The notes under the pieces are model-generated. The model made no database searches. It had not been told where the DNA came from and worked only from the letters and a program-made list of their open reading frames with translations. From contig JAYVCD010000117.1 in NCBI GenBank assembly GCA_043750125.1, forward strand, positions 1 to 18,848: DNA of 18,848 bases, written 5' to 3'. Source of the stretch: Archangiaceae bacterium (GTDB lineage: Bacteria > Myxococcota > Myxococcia > Myxococcales > Myxococcaceae). The position numbers were made by a program, and so were the translations under genes. This document shows, one piece after another, positions 7,514-16,164 of this stretch. The number at the start of each line of letters is the position of its first letter. Position 1 is the stretch's first letter.

Positions 7514-10500
7514 ATGTTCGAGCGAATCGTCACCTTCAGTCTGAAGAACCGGGGAGCTGTCTTGCTCTTCACCGCGGTGATCGCGATCTGGGGCTACTTG
7601 AGCTTTCGCGATCTGACGATCGAGGCCTTCCCCGACCCGACCGACACCCAGGTGAACGTGATCACCCTCTTCCCCGGCCAGCCGTCCGAGGAAGTCGAGC
7701 GACAGATTGGGTTGCCGCTCGAGCGCGCGCTCAACGGCTGCCCGGGAATGTCGCGTTTGCGAAACCTGTCGATGTTCGGGCTCTCGTTCGTGACGCTGAC
7801 CTTCAATGACGGGGTCGAAGGAATGTGGGCCCGCCAACAAGTGATCGAACGGCTGCGAGGCGCTGACCTGCCCGAAGGCGTTCGGCCCGAGCTGGGCGCC
7901 TACGCAACGCCAATCGGAGAGGTCTACCGCTACACGCTCTCGGGATCTCAAGGAGACCCGATGAAGCTGCGCACGCTGCAGGACTGGGTGGTGCGCCCGA
8001 TGTTGATGCGGGTCGACGGGGTCGCTGATGTCGTCAGCTATGGGGGCCTGGCGCGGGAAATCCACGTGCAGCCCCAGTCGACCCAACTGGCCTCGTTCGG
8101 GCTCACGCTCGCCGACCTCGAGACTGCCATTCACGGCGGCTCGGTGAACGCCTCGGGGGGAGTGCTCGAAACCGGCTCAGAACAGTTCGTCATTCGCAGC
8201 GAGGGCCTGTTCAAGAACCTCGACGATTTGCGCAACGTGCGGGTCGCGACTCACGAGGGAACTCCGGTCTTCTTGAAGGACGTGGCCGATGTCGCCGAGG
8301 GCTGGGCGCCGCGCGAGGGAGTCGTCAGCGAAGGAAACCGGTCGGACGTGGTGGAAGGAATCGTGCTGATGCGGCGTGGGGAAAACCCTTCGGTGGTGCT
8401 CGGAAGCCTTCGCGAGAGCTTGAAGAAGGTCAACGCGCGGCTGGCGTTGGACGGGGCCGAAGTAACCCCGTTCTATGACCGCAGCGAGCTGGTCTCGATC
8501 ACCCTCGAGTCGGTCGCCCACAACCTGATCGAGGGCGCGCTGTTGGTGACGCTGGTCCTCTTCATCTTCCTGCTCGATTTGCGCGCGGCGCTGGTGGTGA
8601 CCGTGCTGATCCCGCTCTCGCTGCTGGGCTCGTTCATCTACCTGCGCCTGCGCGGGATGTCGGCGAACCTGCTCTCGATGGGCGCTGTCGATTTCGGAGT
8701 GATCGTCGATGGCGGAGTGGTGATCATCGAATCGATTCTGGTCGGGCTCGCGGTGCATGGCGCGGTGGGGACCCAGGCCGAGAAGATTCGCCGGGCGTCG
8801 ATCAGCGTCATTCGCCCGACGGTGTTTGCGCTGCTGATCATCATCGCCGCCTACCTGCCAATCTTCATGCTCGAGCGGGTGGAAGGAAGGATCTTCGCTC
8901 CGATGGCGAACACGGTGGTCGCCGCCCTGGTCAGCGCGCTGATCTTCTCGGTCACCCTGGTCCCGGTGCTGGCCTCGTTCGCCTATCGCAAGCCGGTGCC
9001 CCACCGCGAGTCGCCGGTGCTGCGTCTGGCGGCCCGGGTGTACGAACCGGTGCTGCGCTTTGCGTTGAAGTTCCCCCGTTCGGTGATGGGCGCAGCCGCA
9101 GTCGGACTGATCGCGACGGTGGCGATCGTCCCCACGCTGGGCTCCGAGTTCTTGCCCGAGCTCAACGAAGGCGCGCTGTACATGACCTTCACCCTGCCCT
9201 CGAACATCTCGCTCAGCGAGGGCCGAAAGCTGGTGCCGCGGCTGACCAAGCTCATCGCGGCCCAGCCCCAGGTCGACGGAATCCTCTCGCAGCTCGGGCG
9301 GCCGGAAGACGGCACCGACGCCACGTTGACCAACAACCTCGAGTTCTTCGTCAAGTTGAAGCCGGCCAGCCAATGGCCGAAGGAGACCCGAGAGCTGGCG
9401 GACGTGATTCGCGTCTTGCGCGCTTCGATCGACGAGATCCCCGGAATCGAGGTGAACTTCAGCCAGCCGATTCGCGACAACGTCAACGAGAGCATCAGCG
9501 GCCAGTTCGGGCAGATCGCCGTCAAGCTGTACGGAGACGATCTGGTCGCGCTGCAGAACCAGGCCGAAGCGGTGAAGAACGTGATCGCCACCGTCCCGGG
9601 AGTCGCCGACCTGGGCATCGTCAAAAGCGGAGAGGTCCCGCAGATCCAGATCGTCCCCGACCGAATCGCTCTCGGCCGCTACGGAATGGCGCTCGGGGAA
9701 TTCCAGCACGTATTTCAGACCGCGATGGGAGGCACCCCGGTCACCACCTTCTGGGAAGGCGAGCGGCGCTTCGACGTGGTGATTCGCCTGCCCAAGAGCG
9801 AGCGCGACGACATCGAGAAGATCAAGAAGCTGCGGGTGCCGGTGGAAGGAGGAACCCTGGTCCCGCTCGAGGGCCTGGCCCGGGTCACCATCGGCGTCGG
9901 CCGGGCGTCGATCAACCGCGAGAACGGGCGGCGGTACATCGGCATTCGAATGAACGTGCGCGGCCGCGACCTGGGCAGCTTCGTCACCGAGGCCCGGCAG
10001 AAGGTCCTCTCTGCAGCGCCACTGGCCGACGGAATTGGAATCGAGTGGGGCGGCGAATTCGAGAACAAGGAACGGGCGATGAAGCGGCTGCTGATGGTGG
10101 TCCCGGTCGCGCTGCTGCTCACTTTGCTGCTGTTGTTCAAGGCCTTCGACTCGCTCGGGCGGGCGGTGGTGACGCTGCTCAACGTGCCCTTCGCGTTGAT
10201 GGGCGGAGTCTTCGGACTGTTGATCGCCGGGATGCCCCTTTCGGTGGCGGCCGCGGTCGGCTTCATCGCGTTGATTGGTCAGGCCGCGCTCAATGGAGTG
10301 CTGGTGACGAGCGCGATCGTCGACCGTCGCAACGCGGGCGAGCTGCTCGACGAGGCGATCATCAAGGGCTGCCGCGATCGCCTGCGGCCGGTGTTGATGA
10401 CGGCCAGCCTGGCGGCGCTGGGCCTGGTGCCGGCGGCGCTGAGTCGAAGCATGGGCAGTGAAACCCAGCGGCCCCTGGCGGTGGTGATCGTCTTCGGAAC

Positions 10501-10630
10501 GCTGTCCGCCTGCACGCTGACGATGGTGCTGCTGCCGGTGATGTACCGGGCCTACGCGCAGTGGATCGAGAAGTTCACTCCGGTGAAGGCGGCCCCCACC
10601 CTCGAGGAAGATCTGGCCCGCAGCGCCTGA
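7514..10630 (+). CDS. czcA: CzcA/CusA-family heavy-metal efflux RND permease (CzcA-like TM4)
   Basis: 1038 aa with EAFPD, MSANLLSMGAVDFGVIVDGGVVIIE, EFLPELNEG, RLRPVLMTA and GSETQRPLA. SD AAGGAGG at 7500-7506. Confidence 0.95.
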   Translation: MFERIVTFSLKNRGAVLLFTAVIAIWGYLSFRDLTIEAFPDPTDTQVNVITLFPGQPSEEVERQIGLPLERALNGCPGMSRLRNLSMFGLSFVTLTFNDGVEGMWARQQVIERLRGADLPEGVRPELGAYATPIGEVYRYTLSGSQGDPMKLRTLQDWVVRPMLMRVDGVADVVSYGGLAREIHVQPQSTQLASFGLTLADLETAIHGGSVNASGGVLETGSEQFVIRSEGLFKNLDDLRNVRVATHEGTPVFLKDVADVAEGWAPREGVVSEGNRSDVVEGIVLMRRGENPSVVLGSLRESLKKVNARLALDGAEVTPFYDRSELVSITLESVAHNLIEGALLVTLVLFIFLLDLRAALVVTVLIPLSLLGSFIYLRLRGMSANLLSMGAVDFGVIVDGGVVIIESILVGLAVHGAVGTQAEKIRRASISVIRPTVFALLIIIAAYLPIFMLERVEGRIFAPMANTVVAALVSALIFSVTLVPVLASFAYRKPVPHRESPVLRLAARVYEPVLRFALKFPRSVMGAAAVGLIATVAIVPTLGSEFLPELNEGALYMTFTLPSNISLSEGRKLVPRLTKLIAAQPQVDGILSQLGRPEDGTDATLTNNLEFFVKLKPASQWPKETRELADVIRVLRASIDEIPGIEVNFSQPIRDNVNESISGQFGQIAVKLYGDDLVALQNQAEAVKNVIATVPGVADLGIVKSGEVPQIQIVPDRIALGRYGMALGEFQHVFQTAMGGTPVTTFWEGERRFDVVIRLPKSERDDIEKIKKLRVPVEGGTLVPLEGLARVTIGVGRASINRENGRRYIGIRMNVRGRDLGSFVTEARQKVLSAAPLADGIGIEWGGEFENKERAMKRLLMVVPVALLLTLLLLFKAFDSLGRAVVTLLNVPFALMGGVFGLLIAGMPLSVAAAVGFIALIGQAALNGVLVTSAIVDRRNAGELLDEAIIKGCRDRLRPVLMTASLAALGLVPAALSRSMGSETQRPLAVVIVFGTLSACTLTMVLLPVMYRAYAQWIEKFTPVKAAPTLEEDLARSA

Positions 10631-10634
10631 AGCG

Positions 10635-11945
10635 TCAGGCCAGAATGATCCGCGGCCCCTGCAGGCTGTTTCGCAATTGGGCCATCGCCGCTTCGGCGCC
10701 GGCTTCGGCCTCGGTGACCCGGCGGATGTAGACGTCTTTTCCGGACCCGACGATCTTCTTGAACTCTTCGAGCAATCCGAGCGCCGCAGCGAGCATCTGC
10801 TCGGCCTCGGCCTTCCCCTGCTCGGCGACCGCGGCGCCTCCCTGGGTCTTGAGGTACGCGGCGAAGCGGGCAATCGCGTCGCGCGTCTTGGCCGGGTCGA
10901 ACGTGGCGAGCGGGGCCTTGACGGCGTCCACTCCGACTTTGATCAACCGCACGTTGCCGGCCTGCTCGAAGGCTTTGTGGGGCAGCGCCAGGGTGCTGGC
11001 CGGAAACGCGCCCAGCAGCCCGTCGTCTTCCGGCGCGGGGGTCGCAAACGGAACCACGTCGAGGAAGAGGAAGAAGGGGTGGACGCCCTGCTTCGCCGCC
11101 GCCAGCGACTCTTCGTCGAGCTCGGGGAACTTGTCGGGCGAGCCGATGTAGACCAGCGGCATCACCACGTCTTGCCAGAACTCTTCGGGCGCCGACCCGG
11201 TGCTGAGGCTCGCGCCCCACAGACACCCCACCAGCTCGGCGACCCGCGGGCCCCGCGCCAGCTGCTCGATCATCGGCTTGTTCGGTTCCATCCGCTGCAG
11301 CGCCTGCACCAACTGTCCGTCGAGCTGCTGCTTCACCTGTTCGGGCAGCTTGTTTCCAATGCGCACCAGCGCGTCTTTCACGTCGAGCGCCAGTCGGTTG
11401 GGCGCGGTGTTCCAGGCGGACAGCGCTTTGGCCCCGTCGACGGCGAGCACCTGCACGAAGCCCGGGTCGAACAAGCGCTGGTAATCGGCCGCGGACAGCT
11501 TCGGCTGACCCGAAGCGCCGGCCGCTCCGAACTTCACCTGGGCGAGCGAAGTTCGAATGTCTTTCGAGACGTCGTCGAGCCGCTCGAGCTTGGACGCCAT
11601 CAAGGCGTCGATCACCGCTCCGAACGGCGAGAGCATGATCAGCGCGTCGGGAAAGCCGATCGCCGCCCCTTCGGGGGACTCCCGGCTCGGAAACCAGAAC
11701 GCCTTGTGCTCGACGGCGAGGCGCGCGCCGAATGAAGCGGCCAGGCCCAACGCGATCATCTGGTGCTCGGGCTGGTCGACTTGAAACGGCCCGCCCAGCA
11801 CCTTGATCACCGATTTTTCAATCTCGGCCCACGGGGTGGTGAGCAGATCCACTTTGCGTTTTTCGACCTGCTCGAGCACGGCGTCGAGCTGGGCTCGGGC
11901 AGCGGCGAGTTGCGGCGGCTGGGGCGTTTCCATTTCCGCGCTCAT
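10635..11945 (-). CDS. Hypothetical soluble protein, 436 aa (alternative start 11933)
   Basis: Long ORF with natural composition that fills the gap between czcA and the divergent gene. No signal peptide or recognisable motif. Confidence 0.82.
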   Translation of the reverse strand: MSAEMETPQPPQLAAARAQLDAVLEQVEKRKVDLLTTPWAEIEKSVIKVLGGPFQVDQPEHQMIALGLAASFGARLAVEHKAFWFPSRESPEGAAIGFPDALIMLSPFGAVIDALMASKLERLDDVSKDIRTSLAQVKFGAAGASGQPKLSAADYQRLFDPGFVQVLAVDGAKALSAWNTAPNRLALDVKDALVRIGNKLPEQVKQQLDGQLVQALQRMEPNKPMIEQLARGPRVAELVGCLWGASLSTGSAPEEFWQDVVMPLVYIGSPDKFPELDEESLAAAKQGVHPFFLFLDVVPFATPAPEDDGLLGAFPASTLALPHKAFEQAGNVRLIKVGVDAVKAPLATFDPAKTRDAIARFAAYLKTQGGAAVAEQGKAEAEQMLAAALGLLEEFKKIVGSGKDVYIRRVTEAEAGAEAAMAQLRNSLQGPRIILA

Positions 11946-11948
11946 AGC

Positions 11949-14879
11949 ATGCGTCTCCGCGCGGGCTATGAAGCCAAAACCTTGCTTCGCCTCTGCGCCT
12001 TAGCGGTTCTCTCCCTGGTTCTGGCCTGTGCCTCGGTCCCCTCGGCGCGCTTCAGTCAGGAAGTCGCGACCTCCTTCGCGCGCAGCCCGATGCGCAAGCT
12101 CACCACCCCGGACCTCGAGGTCTATTACCCCGAAGGTTCGGCCGAAGCCGCGCACGCGATGGCGGCCCGCATGAGCGACTGCCTGGTGCAGCTGCGCGAA
12201 AAGACCCGGACCCAGCGGCCGCGCGATCGGGCGCTCGTCTACCTGACCGACGCCAACTTCAACAACGCCTACGTCAGCGGGCAGAGCGACGGCGAGCCGC
12301 TGCACACCGTCAACCCGCTGTATGCGACGTCCGAAGGCTTTCACCTCAGCAACCTGGGCAACACCTCGATTGGCGACATCGGCTGTCACGAGCTGCTGCA
12401 CTACGTCCACTTCGAGCAGGTCGAGGGGCTGTGGCGGCTGGTCAACGCGGTCTTCGGCCAGGTGGTGCCCCCGCAGGTCTACCTCGAGCGCTGGTTCACC
12501 GAGGGGCTCGCCCAATATTACGAAGGGCGGCTGGGCAGCGAAGTCGGGCGGCCGCACAGCCCGCTGTACCGCGCGGAGTTCGCTTCGGGCCTCGCCTCGC
12601 GCGGAGGGTGGATCTCGGCCGGAGATTTGAGCCTCGCCCAGCGCGAGCTGATTCCCTCGAGCGGTGCTTACCTCACCGGGCTGCACTTCATCGAGCACCT
12701 GGCGCGCAAGTACGGGGAGCAGAAGCTGTGGGACGTGGTCGATCTGCAAGGGCGCTCGGTCCTCTCGCCGTTCGGAGTCGCCCTGCGGTTCAAGGCCGTC
12801 TACGGCTTGTCGCTGGGCGCATTGATCGACGAATGGAGCCTGCAGAACGCCACGCTGCCCCGCGATCGCCTTCGCCCCGAGAACCAGAAAGTGGTGATCG
12901 ACGCGCTCGGCTACGCAGCGCGGCTGGCCAGCGCCCCTGATGGAACGATGGCGGTGGTCTCGGCGGGCCGGGACGAAGTGGCGAAGCTGCGGATCTTGAA
13001 GGCCGATGGAACCCTGCGCGCCGAGCTGAAGCTGGCCCAGTTTTTTCCCTCGCGCGACTGGGTCAGCGCGGGGCCCGAGCAGACCAGCGGAATGTCCTTC
13101 ACCGCCGACTCGCGCTGGCTGTACCTGATGAACGACGACGTGGCGTCGATTGGGGACTCGCGGGCCCAGCTGTGGAAAATCGACGCGTTGACCGCCGAAG
13201 TGGTGACGGTCTGGCAAGACGTAGGCGGCCTGGGCGGCGCGGTGCACCCGTCGGGCGATCGGTACCTGTTCGTCGACATCAGCCCCGGCCGTTCCGAGCT
13301 GGTGGAGCTCGACCTTCGCACCGGAAAGCGCACCCCGCTGACCACCGGAGGTCAGGGAATCACCTACGCGGCGCCCGCCTGGGCTCCCGACGGAAAACGG
13401 ATCGTCTTCTCGCGCTTCAGCACCCACGGCTGGGACCTGGGGCTGCGCGAGGCCGACGGCGCGATCAAGGCGCTGACGGCCGATGGCAAGTTCAACTACG
13501 GCGCGCGCTGGGTCGACGTCGAACGCATCGTCTTCATGCGCGAGAAGGACGGGCGGGCCCAGGCCCACCAGCTGGATCTCTCGAGCGGAGCGATGTCTGT
13601 CCTCACCGACGCGCCCTTCTCGGTCTTCGACGTGGCCCCGATGCCGAACGGGCAGATTGCGTTTCTCGATCGCGAGGGGTGGAACTGGTCGCTGGACCTC
13701 GCGCCGCTGAGCTCGCGCGAGGCGGTCGAGCCGGCCGCGCAGCCCGAGCCCGAGGCCCGGGAGCAGCCTGAATTGGTCGTTCAACGCGACGAGCCCTACC
13801 GTTCACTGGAAGGGTTCTTCGTTCCCTTGCTGCGCTTGCCGCTGTTGGTCAACGTCTCGCGCAACTGTGACGAGCTGGGGTGCACCGTGGCGCACTCGTA
13901 TGCCTTCCTGCTCGCGGGGCGCGATCGACTTGGGTTTCACAATTGGGCGATCAACGCCTCGCTCGGCTTCCCCGGCCTCGACTTCGCGGTCGCGGGTTCC
14001 TACTTGAACCAGACGCTCGCCCCGTGGGCGGTGGGAGCGACCGCCGGCTACGACACCCACGTCTACAGTGACGACAAGGTCGGGCGGGGACGGGTGCAGA
14101 TCGCCTCTGCCGCGCTGTCGCTTTCGCGCACCTTCTTCACCACCCCCGTCGGCCTCTCGTTCGGAGGCTTCCAGCAGTGGGACACCCACCGCGACCCGTA
14201 TTACTTTTTCGGCCCGTCGGTTGGCTTCGACTACTTCGCCGGCGAATCGACCGTTTACGGGGGCCTGAAGCGCGGGCTCGGGGTCCACGCCAACCTCTCG
14301 CTGTACCCCAACGGAATTTCGTCCTTCAACGTCGTCGATGTCGAAGGGGGGCTCTCGCTGGGAATTCCGCTTCCAGTGCTCGCGCGCCATTCTTTTCTCG
14401 TGGCGATCAACGGCCGCGCGATTGGAGGAGCCCCCGACGGCTCGCTTCAAGTGGGAGGCGTGCCCCGCGGAATCGACGTCCTCACCCTCAACGCCCGACA
14501 GGGGCCGCGCGGCCCGGAAGGACCGCTGCCCCATTCGTTCTCGATTCCGGTGCGCGGCTACGAGGACTTCGCCGTTCGCGCCAACCGGGCAGCGGTCGGC
14601 CTCGCGCGGTACCGCTACCCGCTGATCATCGACCGGGGCTTCGCGTCGATCCTCTACCTGCTGCCTTCGCTGTTCTTCCGACAGGTCGAGCTCGAGGCGT
14701 TCGGATCTGCGGCACTGACCGATTCGGCCACCCACCCCTGGCTTCGCGCGGTCGGAGCCGGGGTCACCTTGCGAACCGTGCTTGGCGGGGCCCTTCCGAT
14801 CTCGGTCTATTACCGCTGGGCGTGGCGACTGGACGACCGGCTGCCCCCCCTTCACTCGGTGGGGTTTGCCTTCGAGTAG
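11949..14879 (+). CDS. Lipoprotein fusion: gluzincin (peptidase MA-like) domain + TolB/PD40-like beta-propeller + Omp85-like C-terminal beta-barrel
   Basis: Lipobox VLAC, HELLH (12387-12401) plus WFTEGLA, propeller repeats (YAAPAWAPDGKRIVFS), VRGY (14550-14561) and C-terminal VGFAFE. Start is ATG 11949 or TTG 11982; the 11763 start overlaps the divergent gene. Confidence 0.85.
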   Translation: MRLRAGYEAKTLLRLCALAVLSLVLACASVPSARFSQEVATSFARSPMRKLTTPDLEVYYPEGSAEAAHAMAARMSDCLVQLREKTRTQRPRDRALVYLTDANFNNAYVSGQSDGEPLHTVNPLYATSEGFHLSNLGNTSIGDIGCHELLHYVHFEQVEGLWRLVNAVFGQVVPPQVYLERWFTEGLAQYYEGRLGSEVGRPHSPLYRAEFASGLASRGGWISAGDLSLAQRELIPSSGAYLTGLHFIEHLARKYGEQKLWDVVDLQGRSVLSPFGVALRFKAVYGLSLGALIDEWSLQNATLPRDRLRPENQKVVIDALGYAARLASAPDGTMAVVSAGRDEVAKLRILKADGTLRAELKLAQFFPSRDWVSAGPEQTSGMSFTADSRWLYLMNDDVASIGDSRAQLWKIDALTAEVVTVWQDVGGLGGAVHPSGDRYLFVDISPGRSELVELDLRTGKRTPLTTGGQGITYAAPAWAPDGKRIVFSRFSTHGWDLGLREADGAIKALTADGKFNYGARWVDVERIVFMREKDGRAQAHQLDLSSGAMSVLTDAPFSVFDVAPMPNGQIAFLDREGWNWSLDLAPLSSREAVEPAAQPEPEAREQPELVVQRDEPYRSLEGFFVPLLRLPLLVNVSRNCDELGCTVAHSYAFLLAGRDRLGFHNWAINASLGFPGLDFAVAGSYLNQTLAPWAVGATAGYDTHVYSDDKVGRGRVQIASAALSLSRTFFTTPVGLSFGGFQQWDTHRDPYYFFGPSVGFDYFAGESTVYGGLKRGLGVHANLSLYPNGISSFNVVDVEGGLSLGIPLPVLARHSFLVAINGRAIGGAPDGSLQVGGVPRGIDVLTLNARQGPRGPEGPLPHSFSIPVRGYEDFAVRANRAAVGLARYRYPLIIDRGFASILYLLPSLFFRQVELEAFGSAALTDSATHPWLRAVGAGVTLRTVLGGALPISVYYRWAWRLDDRLPPLHSVGFAFE

Positions 14880-14904
14880 CAGTTGGCTGAGGGTCAACCT
14901 CTGT

Positions 14905-14913
14905 TGTTAGACT
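14905..14913 (+). promoter_or_regulatory. Candidate extended -10 element (TGtTAGACT) for a leaderless transcript
   Basis: TG-n-TAGACT ends 8 nt before ATG 14922 and no SD is present. Confidence 0.45.
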
Positions 14914-14921
14914 CCGCCGCC

Positions 14922-15245
14922 ATGCGCGCCCTTCGCTATTCGCTGGTGCTGGCCCTCTTCGTCGCGGGTGCTTCTTTCGGAGCCGGAAAGAAGCCGGGCG
15001 ACTTTCAGGCTCCCGCCCAGATGACCGAAGAAGAGCTCGCCGAGGCCAAGGCCCGCAGCAAGAACAAGCTCAACGGCTTCGATGAGAAGCAGTCCGAGAA
15101 GCCCAAAGAGCTTCCGTGGTTGATGATCGGGTTGATCGGGATTTCGTTCCTCGGCGCCACTCCGTTCGCGCTGCGCGCCTTCCGCAACACCAGCCGGGAA
15201 ATCGCCGAGTCCGCCGACGCGGTGGGCGCGAACCGCGACGACTGA
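14922..15245 (+). CDS. Small exported protein with a C-terminal TM helix, 107 aa, unknown function
   Basis: Signal peptide MRALRYSLVLALFVAGASFG, Lys/Glu-rich middle, TM LPWLMIGLIGISFLGATPFAL and a charged tail. Confidence 0.8.
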   Translation: MRALRYSLVLALFVAGASFGAGKKPGDFQAPAQMTEEELAEAKARSKNKLNGFDEKQSEKPKELPWLMIGLIGISFLGATPFALRAFRNTSREIAESADAVGANRDD

Positions 15246-16073
15246 TCAGTCGGGCGAGGGCAGATCGTCTGAGTCGCCGGTCTTCCGCTCGTTCTTCTTC
15301 GGAGTCGACACATCGCCGTCCGACAGATCGCTGCCTTCCGGAACCGACGCGCCGCCGCGACGATCTGAAGGCTGAAAGTCCTTCGCGAATTGCTCGGCCA
15401 CGGCCTTGAGCAGCACCGTCAGATGTTCGCGGAAGATTCCGGGGTCCTTCGCCACCTTGAACGGATCGACGTGGGGCTGGTTCGCTTCGACCTCATCGGC
15501 GCGGAAGCTGCGGAACCAGACGTTCCCGCCTCCCTCGAGGTAGAACATCCGCCCGTAGCCGATGACGTAGGCCCCGGCGTGGCCGCTGTCGCTGCGCATT
15601 CCGTAGTCTTCGATCACGAACTCGATCACCAGGTCGACGCCCAGCGGCTTGAGCAGCTCGTAGTCCGGGGCGTTGGCCGGCACTTCCTCGACCAGGAAGC
15701 TTTCCAGCGCGCTGGCGACGGCGGCCGGGTTCACGACCGAGGTCCAGGGACGCTCGCGCGGCAGCAGGCCCAGCGTCGACGAGCGCAGCTGGTCGGCCAC
15801 TTCGAACCGGGTGATCGACCCAATCGACTTTTCGGGAATGCCTTTCTCCAGCTTCAGCTGAAGTCGGCGATCGGCTTCCTTCGGCTCGAGCTTCTTCAGC
15901 TTCCCCCCGTAGGTGCTGTCGTCGCGGAAGACCAGGCTGCGCGGGCCGGCTTTCTCTTCAATGCGGGAAATGAACGCAGGTCGCAGCGCCCGGTCGAGAT
16001 TGGACCCAGAGAGGGGGTGATGGGCACAACCGACCAGACCTAAGACCAGCGCGGCAAGGCAGCTGCGAAACAT
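15246..16073 (-). CDS. Hypothetical lipoprotein (alternative start 16079)
   Basis: MFRSCLAALVLGLVGC lipobox, alpha/beta body and a low-complexity acidic tail. Confidence 0.83.
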   Translation of the reverse strand: MFRSCLAALVLGLVGCAHHPLSGSNLDRALRPAFISRIEEKAGPRSLVFRDDSTYGGKLKKLEPKEADRRLQLKLEKGIPEKSIGSITRFEVADQLRSSTLGLLPRERPWTSVVNPAAVASALESFLVEEVPANAPDYELLKPLGVDLVIEFVIEDYGMRSDSGHAGAYVIGYGRMFYLEGGGNVWFRSFRADEVEANQPHVDPFKVAKDPGIFREHLTVLLKAVAEQFAKDFQPSDRRGGASVPEGSDLSDGDVSTPKKNERKTGDSDDLPSPD

Positions 16074-16164
16074 GGCCATGGTGTACCGCGAAGCTGCTGG
16101 ACCCGCGAAGATGTTTCCGGTAACTCCCGGTGGCCTTTTTGCGCCCTTGGGGGTTTTTCAAACA

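Noticed and set aside
8177-10873. 898-aa minus-strand ORF and other long antisense ORFs (617..1759, 1978..3501, 3504..4802, 7019..8134, 10677..11735, 12000..13784, 15958..17511)
   Set aside because: They shadow better-supported genes on the opposite strand and carry no domain motifs, as expected from high-GC codon bias. 617..1759 also runs through the tRNA.
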